64,000 nt of DNA from Deltaproteobacteria bacterium (lineage in GTDB: Bacteria; Desulfobacterota; Desulfobacteria; Desulfobacterales; Desulfosarcinaceae), in assembly GCA_020444075.1 (NCBI GenBank), contig JAHLLR010000001.1, positions 47,782 through 111,781 on the forward strand, read 5' to 3'. Position numbers and translations under genes: made by a program. How positions within the stretch are numbered: position 1 is the first letter of the stretch; each line of letters opens with the position of its first letter. The notes beneath the pieces are model-generated. The model searched no databases. It was given only the letters and a program-made list of their open reading frames with translations, and was not told where the DNA came from. This document shows positions 58,943 to 64,000 of this stretch, one piece after another.

Positions 58943-59686
58943 ATGGCGCAGGCCATGAATCATACCAAGAAGGGCATCATCCCCTGGCCGGAATTGATCC
59001 CCGGCACGTTACTCCGGCGCTACAAACGTTTTCTGGCGGATGTCCGATTGGAGAACGGGGAGACCGTTACCGCCCACTGCCCCAATTCAGGAAGCATGAA
59101 AGCCTGCTGTCAGCCCGGGCGGCCGGTCTACCTCTCCTTTCACAACAACCCCAAACGAAAGCTCAAGTATACCTGGGAACTGATCCACATGCCCGACTCG
59201 CTGGTAGGCGTCAATACCCAGGTGCCCAACCGACTCGCCGCCCATGCCATTGCATCCGGCGATGTGGCGGAATTGAACGGGTATGAAACGGTAAGACGGG
59301 AAGTGAAAGCCGGAAGAAACTCGCGGATCGACATCCTTCTGGCGTCACCGGATCGCCGCCCCTGTTACGTGGAGGTTAAAAACTGCACCCTGGTGACCGA
59401 CGGTATGGCCACCTTTCCCGATGCCGTGACCCTGCGGGGCCAGAAGCATCTGACGGAACTTCAGGATCTGGGGGCCGCCGGTTGTCGGTGTGCCATGTTT
59501 TTTCTGATTCAGCGCATGGATGCCCGATCATTCGCCCCCGCCGACTCCATCGATCCCGAATACGGGAAAAAGCTGCGTCAGGCAGCGCAAAATGGCGTCG
59601 AAATCATAGTATATGACGTTGCCATCGATCTCAAGGGCATCCGGCTGAATGATCGGGTACCCTACGACTTAAGTTTTTTGGCATAG
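58943..59686 (+). CDS. sfsA: SfsA sugar fermentation stimulation / PD-(D/E)xK nuclease
   Basis: RRYKRFLADV, AHCPNSGSM, SRIDILL..YVEVKNCT, FPDAVTLRGQKHL. Confidence 0.95.
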   Translation: MAQAMNHTKKGIIPWPELIPGTLLRRYKRFLADVRLENGETVTAHCPNSGSMKACCQPGRPVYLSFHNNPKRKLKYTWELIHMPDSLVGVNTQVPNRLAAHAIASGDVAELNGYETVRREVKAGRNSRIDILLASPDRRPCYVEVKNCTLVTDGMATFPDAVTLRGQKHLTELQDLGAAGCRCAMFFLIQRMDARSFAPADSIDPEYGKKLRQAAQNGVEIIVYDVAIDLKGIRLNDRVPYDLSFLA

Positions 59687-60567
59687 TCAGCGGCATTGAG
59701 ACCGGCCACACACCCCTCGCCCACGGATTTGGCCACCTGCCAGGGCGGGCCGCAGATATCCCCGGCGGCGAAAATTCCCGGCACGCTGGTGCGCTGGCCC
59801 TTATCGGTTCGGATAAACCGCATTTCGTCATCCAGGGCCACACCTAAAGATGTGGCCAGTTCCATTAGCCCTTTGGCCCCCAGTTCGATAAAGACGCCGG
59901 TGGCAGACAAGGTCGTGCCATCATCGAGAACCAGGGCATCCACTTTATCCCCGCCGGCGATCTCCCTGATCCTGGCACCCCGGTGGACCACCACCCGGCT
60001 GTTTTCCAGTTTGTCTAACAACACATCGGAAACCTTCAAGTCGTCGCAGATCAGGTGGACGGTGCCGGCGATCTCCGCCAGAGTCAACGCACCATCGGCG
60101 GCGGCACTTTCGCCGCCCACCACAGCCACTTCCTCGCCCCGATAGAAATTGCCGTCACAATCCACACAATAACTCACCCCTTTGCCGACCAACTCTTTTT
60201 CACCCTTGACTCGCAGGGTATTGCGGGCAGTGCCGGTGGCCAGGATCAGGGCCTTGCATGTCAGTTTGATTCCGCTTTCCGTATCGAGGTTGAACCGGTC
60301 TCCTTCCTGGGTAATTTTAAGAATATCCGCATCGAGAAACCGGCTGCCGAAATTTTCGGCCTGCCGCCTTCCGGTCTCCAGCATGGTCTGGCCGGTGGCG
60401 TTGAACAGGCAGCACATATTCTCGACGTGGGCCCTGAACAGGCTGCTTTTGTGCTCCTTACCCATGACCAGCACCGAAACTTTCTTACGGGACGCATGGA
60501 TGGCTGCCTGAAGTCCGGCCGGGCCGGCACCCACAATGACAACATCATACGCTTGATCGTCAGCCAT
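59662..60567 (-). CDS. thioredoxin reductase-like flavoprotein (atypical NADPH site)
   Basis: VGAGPAG, LILATG, GKGVSYCVDCD, TSVPGIFAAGD, AVGEG-like tail. Confidence 0.88.
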   Translation of the reverse strand: MADDQAYDVVIVGAGPAGLQAAIHASRKKVSVLVMGKEHKSSLFRAHVENMCCLFNATGQTMLETGRRQAENFGSRFLDADILKITQEGDRFNLDTESGIKLTCKALILATGTARNTLRVKGEKELVGKGVSYCVDCDGNFYRGEEVAVVGGESAAADGALTLAEIAGTVHLICDDLKVSDVLLDKLENSRVVVHRGARIREIAGGDKVDALVLDDGTTLSATGVFIELGAKGLMELATSLGVALDDEMRFIRTDKGQRTSVPGIFAAGDICGPPWQVAKSVGEGCVAGLNAADYAKKLKS

Positions 60568-60858
60568 TATTCTCTCCTTTGGTCTTTCATGCGTTCACGG
60601 GGCTATGCCAACTGCAATCGTCTTTGGCAGTGAGGCAAACATTCTCCAGATTCTGGATAAATCAGGCACCACAAAAGTGGAAACCCCGGTTCACTGACAT
60701 CCGCACAATAAAATAGATTTGAAATCTTTGGTTTTTTACCCTATCATACCGAGCATGATTAGGACTTTGAAAGCTACCCATCAAACCCGTTCCGCAGATG
60801 TCTCGCCAGGGGCCACTCCCGACGGCGCAGGTGTTTAAAAAAGGATGAGGACGCAGCG

Positions 60859-61263
60859 ATGACTACCGATCCCCGCGGCAATTCAATGCCTGACCATAAG
60901 GTTCTCCTGGTTGATGACGAAAAAATGGTGCTTGAGGTGGGCAAAGCCATTCTCCAACGACTGGGGCATAAGGTTATTACCGCTACAAGCGGTGAGGAGG
61001 CCCTGGATCAATACGTCCAGCATCGGGAATCCATTGGCTGTGTGGTGCTGGACCTGACCATGCCCGGCATGGACGGCCAGGCGGCTTTCAAGCAGTTGCG
61101 GGCGCTGAGCCCCAAACTGCCGATCATCATTGCCAGTGGGCTGGCCGCCGATCAGGTGACCCGCCAATTCGGCGACACGCAGCCCAGTTCAGTCATCCAG
61201 AAACCCTACCAGATTGCCGACCTCTCCACCAAGATCCAAAGCATTCTCAACGGCGGTTCATAA
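60859..61263 (+). CDS. single-domain response regulator (REC)
   Basis: VLLVDDE, VVLDLTMPGMDG, IIASG, IQKPY. Confidence 0.9.
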   Translation: MTTDPRGNSMPDHKVLLVDDEKMVLEVGKAILQRLGHKVITATSGEEALDQYVQHRESIGCVVLDLTMPGMDGQAAFKQLRALSPKLPIIIASGLAADQVTRQFGDTQPSSVIQKPYQIADLSTKIQSILNGGS

Positions 61264-61304
61264 TCGATCCCACCCGCCGACTGAAGACGGAACCGCCAAG
61301 GCCA

Positions 61305-61763
61305 TTAAAGATCAAACTTCGCTTTGATCTTGAAGACATGCGTGGCAGGCAGGTTGAGAATCCGCTTGACGCCTGTTTTTTCGGCAATCCGGGCCAGATT
61401 GTCCCGGATCACATCCATGGAAGGCGCAATAAACGTGAACCACACGTTGAAGGAGTTTTCCCGAAGGTAATTGTGGGTCACCCCGGAAAATGTATTCACC
61501 GTTTGGGTAAATAACGCAACTTTATCTTCGGGTACCTGGGCCGTGCACAGGGTACTCACGAATCCCACCTTGCCCGGCACGAAATTTCCGCCGATCCGCC
61601 TGATAATGCCTGTTTCCTTAAGCCGGGTCACCCGGGTCAACACCTCTGCCTCCGTCGTGCCCAGCTCCCGGGCAATGGATTCGAAGGGCCGGGGGACCAG
61701 CGGAAATCGCGTCTGAATGCGATTGAGGATCGTTTTGTCCAACTTGTCAATCTCTATGGCCAT
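61305..61763 (-). CDS. ahbA: siroheme decarboxylase subunit alpha (AsnC/NirD-like)
   Basis: IQTRFPLVPRPF, GIIRRIGGNF, VTHNYLRE..FNVWFT; adjacent to cytochrome c maturation genes. Confidence 0.88.
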   Translation of the reverse strand: MAIEIDKLDKTILNRIQTRFPLVPRPFESIARELGTTEAEVLTRVTRLKETGIIRRIGGNFVPGKVGFVSTLCTAQVPEDKVALFTQTVNTFSGVTHNYLRENSFNVWFTFIAPSMDVIRDNLARIAEKTGVKRILNLPATHVFKIKAKFDL

Positions 61764-61786
61764 ACCAACGCCTTCCCTTCACCAAT

Positions 61787-61931
61787 CGTTTCTATTCAGA
61801 GATGCTAGATTGTGGTTCAGGCCAAGGCCGCAGAGTTTTCGCGACCGCAGGCGTAGCAGCGCTACGTCGAAGATCGCGAAAGCGCGAGAACGCCGGCCTG
61901 AGCCGCCATATGCCATCTCTGGATAGAAACG
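61787..61931. mobile_element. 145-bp palindromic MITE/REP-like insert
   Basis: TIRs CGTTTCTATTCAGAGATG / CATCTCTGGATAGAAACG (17/18), inner IRs GGTTCAGGCC/GGCCTGAGCC and TTTCGCGA/TCGCGAAA. Confidence 0.7.
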
Positions 61932-61933
61932 CA

Positions 61934-62773
61934 CTATACTTTTCCATAGCTGTGCAACCCCGGCAGCAGATTGACGCCGAAATAGGTAAACAGGACTGCC
62001 GAAAACCCCAGAATGGACAGGTAGGCGATCTGCTTTCCCTCCCAGCCGCGCATGAGGCGCGCATGCAGCAACGTCGCGTAGACAAACCAGGTGATCAGGG
62101 ACCAGGTCTCCTTGGGGTCCCAGGACCAGTAACTGCCCCAGGCCGAGTTGGCCCACACCGCGCCGGTGATAATCCCGACGGTGAGAAAAAGGAAACCGAA
62201 GAGCACCATCCGGTGGGTGAGTTCATCCAGCATATCCAGTTTGGGGATGTGCCCTGTAATCCCCTTATCTTTATCCGGATGCCTCGCCTTGATCAGATAC
62301 ATGATGCTCATCCCGAAGGCGACGGCAAAGGCGGCATAGCCGAAAAAGCATGCGGCCACATGAGCGATAAGCCAGTTGCTTTTCAGTGCCGGCACCAGAG
62401 GCTGGATGTGGTCGCTGATATTGGGTGACATGGACGCGTAGGCCATGGCCAGGAAGGCAATCGGTGTGACAAAGGCTCCGATCAGCGCGTTTTTGTATTT
62501 AAACTCAACAAAGAGATAAATCAAACCTGCCGTCCAGGCAAAAAAAACCAGGGATTCATAAAGGTTGGACAACGGGGCATGCCCGATTCCCATCTGGTAG
62601 GACTCCACCCACCGCAGCAGAATTCCCCCCGTGGTGATCGCCACCGCCGCCACAACGGCCCAGCGCGCAGGAAGGGTCAACCGGGGCGTTTTAAAAATCA
62701 GCGCCGCTATGTAAAAAAACGAGGCCAGGGCAAAAACAAAGGTCGAAATGGAGAGTAACTGTGAACTGCTCAT
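61934..62773 (-). CDS. ccsA: cytochrome c biogenesis protein CcsA/ResC (system II)
   Basis: PLSNLYESL, WLIAHV, GAVWANSAWGSYWSWDPKETW (WWD), GLHSY. Confidence 0.95.
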   Translation of the reverse strand: MSSSQLLSISTFVFALASFFYIAALIFKTPRLTLPARWAVVAAVAITTGGILLRWVESYQMGIGHAPLSNLYESLVFFAWTAGLIYLFVEFKYKNALIGAFVTPIAFLAMAYASMSPNISDHIQPLVPALKSNWLIAHVAACFFGYAAFAVAFGMSIMYLIKARHPDKDKGITGHIPKLDMLDELTHRMVLFGFLFLTVGIITGAVWANSAWGSYWSWDPKETWSLITWFVYATLLHARLMRGWEGKQIAYLSILGFSAVLFTYFGVNLLPGLHSYGKV

Positions 62774-62825
62774 GGGCAATGTTGAACTCCTTTTTCAATC
62801 AAAGGGCCATTAGCGGCCATTGGGG

Positions 62826-64000
62826 TCAACTCTCGGTCATGGCTGTGAAAATCTTCTCGACGGTATTCTTCATGGCCAGTTTGTTCCGGTTGGTGGTACC
62901 GGCAAATGTCACCCGGCTGTTTTTGCGAAGCTGTTCGATCACAATGCACACCTGCTGGTGGGACAGGTAAAAGGTCACGAAGCAGCCGGCGATCATCAGG
63001 ATAAATCCGGTATAGACCATCCATACACCGGGATCACGGGTCACCTGCAGACCGGTATAATAGCGCTCTTCGGTGGACTGTTGGGGCGTAAATTTCTCCT
63101 GGGCCTGATTGGCGACGGAAACAATCACATCGCCGCCGCGCATTTTGTCGAAATTGGCAAACTTCAGGGGCAGCAGCACTTCCACAGGTTCCCCCGCAGC
63201 AGGGGTGAGAATTCCTTTCAGGGCCGCCCCAACGTCCATCCCGCGAAAGGCGGCGTCGGGTTCGAAAGCCATGAGGACAAATTTTCCCAATCCTTCCGGG
63301 ATGTCGACGGGGACACCCACTTTGGCCGTCAGGGTATAGCTCATCCCCGACGCGCGGCTGGTGAAATTGAGGGTATACGCCTCCGCCGGCCCCAAAGCCG
63401 GGGTCTCTGTCCGGGGCATCTTTTCGGGGGGCAGCTTCCCGTAGCTGGACTGGAAAATATTGATGCCCCGATAGCGCAGGGGATCGTTGACGATGATATC
63501 CTTCTGTTTCACCACCTGGCCACCTTCTAAGAGGGTGAGGGCGGATCGGTATTCCTTGGGAGCGCCGGTTTCGTATAGGGTCAGGCTGAAGTCATCGCAC
63601 CGGATTTGAAAATCCAGGCGATGAATCTGCCCCGTATTGCGGATGCGAATGGTATCCGTGGCTTCTCCCTCGGCAATATTGACATACCCCTCGAAGCCGA
63701 AAAAAGAGCCTGCCAAACCGCCGATAAGCAATAAGATCACGCTCAAGTGAACAATATAGACGCCCAGGCGTGACAGTCGGCCCTTTTCACCATAAATCAC
63801 CGCCCCTTCACTCGAACGGGTAACCTTACAATAGCCGTACCGGCGGGCAACGATCGGCTCATAGACCTTAACCAGTTCCTCGGCATTCCGTTTGTCGGTC
63901 AGCGTCCGGGCGTCCGATCGGTTGGCAAACCGCTCGGGGCGAACCTTGGGATCCCGGGTAAAAATTAGTTTCCAACTACCGCTGAGCCTTTCGATGGAAC
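62826..64000 (-). CDS. resB: cytochrome c biogenesis protein ResB/Ccs1 (5' end beyond the window)
   Basis: GVYIVHLS, EYRSAL, IVNDPLRYRG, TGLQVTRDPG; the frame is open to the window edge. Confidence 0.9.
   Translation of the reverse strand, partial: SIERLSGSWKLIFTRDPKVRPERFANRSDARTLTDKRNAEELVKVYEPIVARRYGYCKVTRSSEGAVIYGEKGRLSRLGVYIVHLSVILLLIGGLAGSFFGFEGYVNIAEGEATDTIRIRNTGQIHRLDFQIRCDDFSLTLYETGAPKEYRSALTLLEGGQVVKQKDIIVNDPLRYRGINIFQSSYGKLPPEKMPRTETPALGPAEAYTLNFTSRASGMSYTLTAKVGVPVDIPEGLGKFVLMAFEPDAAFRGMDVGAALKGILTPAAGEPVEVLLPLKFANFDKMRGGDVIVSVANQAQEKFTPQQSTEERYYTGLQVTRDPGVWMVYTGFILMIAGCFVTFYLSHQQVCIVIEQLRKNSRVTFAGTTNRNKLAMKNTVEKIFTAMTES

Noticed and set aside
57001-59686. Tail-to-tail overlaps (ykgJ-like/acyl-CoA dehydrogenase 29 bp; sfsA/TrxR-like 25 bp)
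   Set aside because: Short convergent overlaps are common and both partners are intact

Overview
Chromosomal window of a GC-rich, anaerobic sulfate-reducer-type deltaproteobacterium. A Desulfosarcina/Desulfobacterales-like organism is inferred from the tetraheme cytochrome c3, ahbA, ResB/CcsA and the gene content. Most of the window is housekeeping and envelope genes: ydbH-ynbE-ydbL, a NitT/TauT ABC transporter, hup, RNase II, fabH, murJ, radA-rlmE-yebC, nadA, lolA, a zraSR/zraP-like locus, acyl-CoA dehydrogenase, sfsA, a TrxR-like flavoprotein, ahbA, ccsA and resB. Two accessory loci stand out. (1) A ~3.6 kb AT-rich, integrase-less islet sits between tRNA-Glu(CTC) (41604-41678, minus) and a perfect 44-bp copy of its 3' end (38043-38086). 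Its only intact gene encodes an 805-aa protein with a HEPN-type RNxxxH motif and a possible His/Cys metal site, making it a candidate single-gene anti-phage or abortive-infection system. It is surrounded by arm-type repeats of at least two families and several decayed gene fragments, which I read as a collapsed tandem array of tRNA-integrated elements. (2) A sigma54-promoter-led sulfur-relay cluster (yeeE-tusA-DsrF-like-unlisted 56-aa ORF-RHH-like-DsrE-like-rhodanese/MBL) resembles the YTD cluster. Other signals include an MshEN-FapA fusion, an amidase with three unusual repeats, a TrxR lacking the NADPH motif, a 145-bp palindromic MITE-like insert and several readable operator/enhancer sites. 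No CRISPR array, rRNA, integrase or transposase was seen. All family calls are from motif recognition by eye; no database searches were run.
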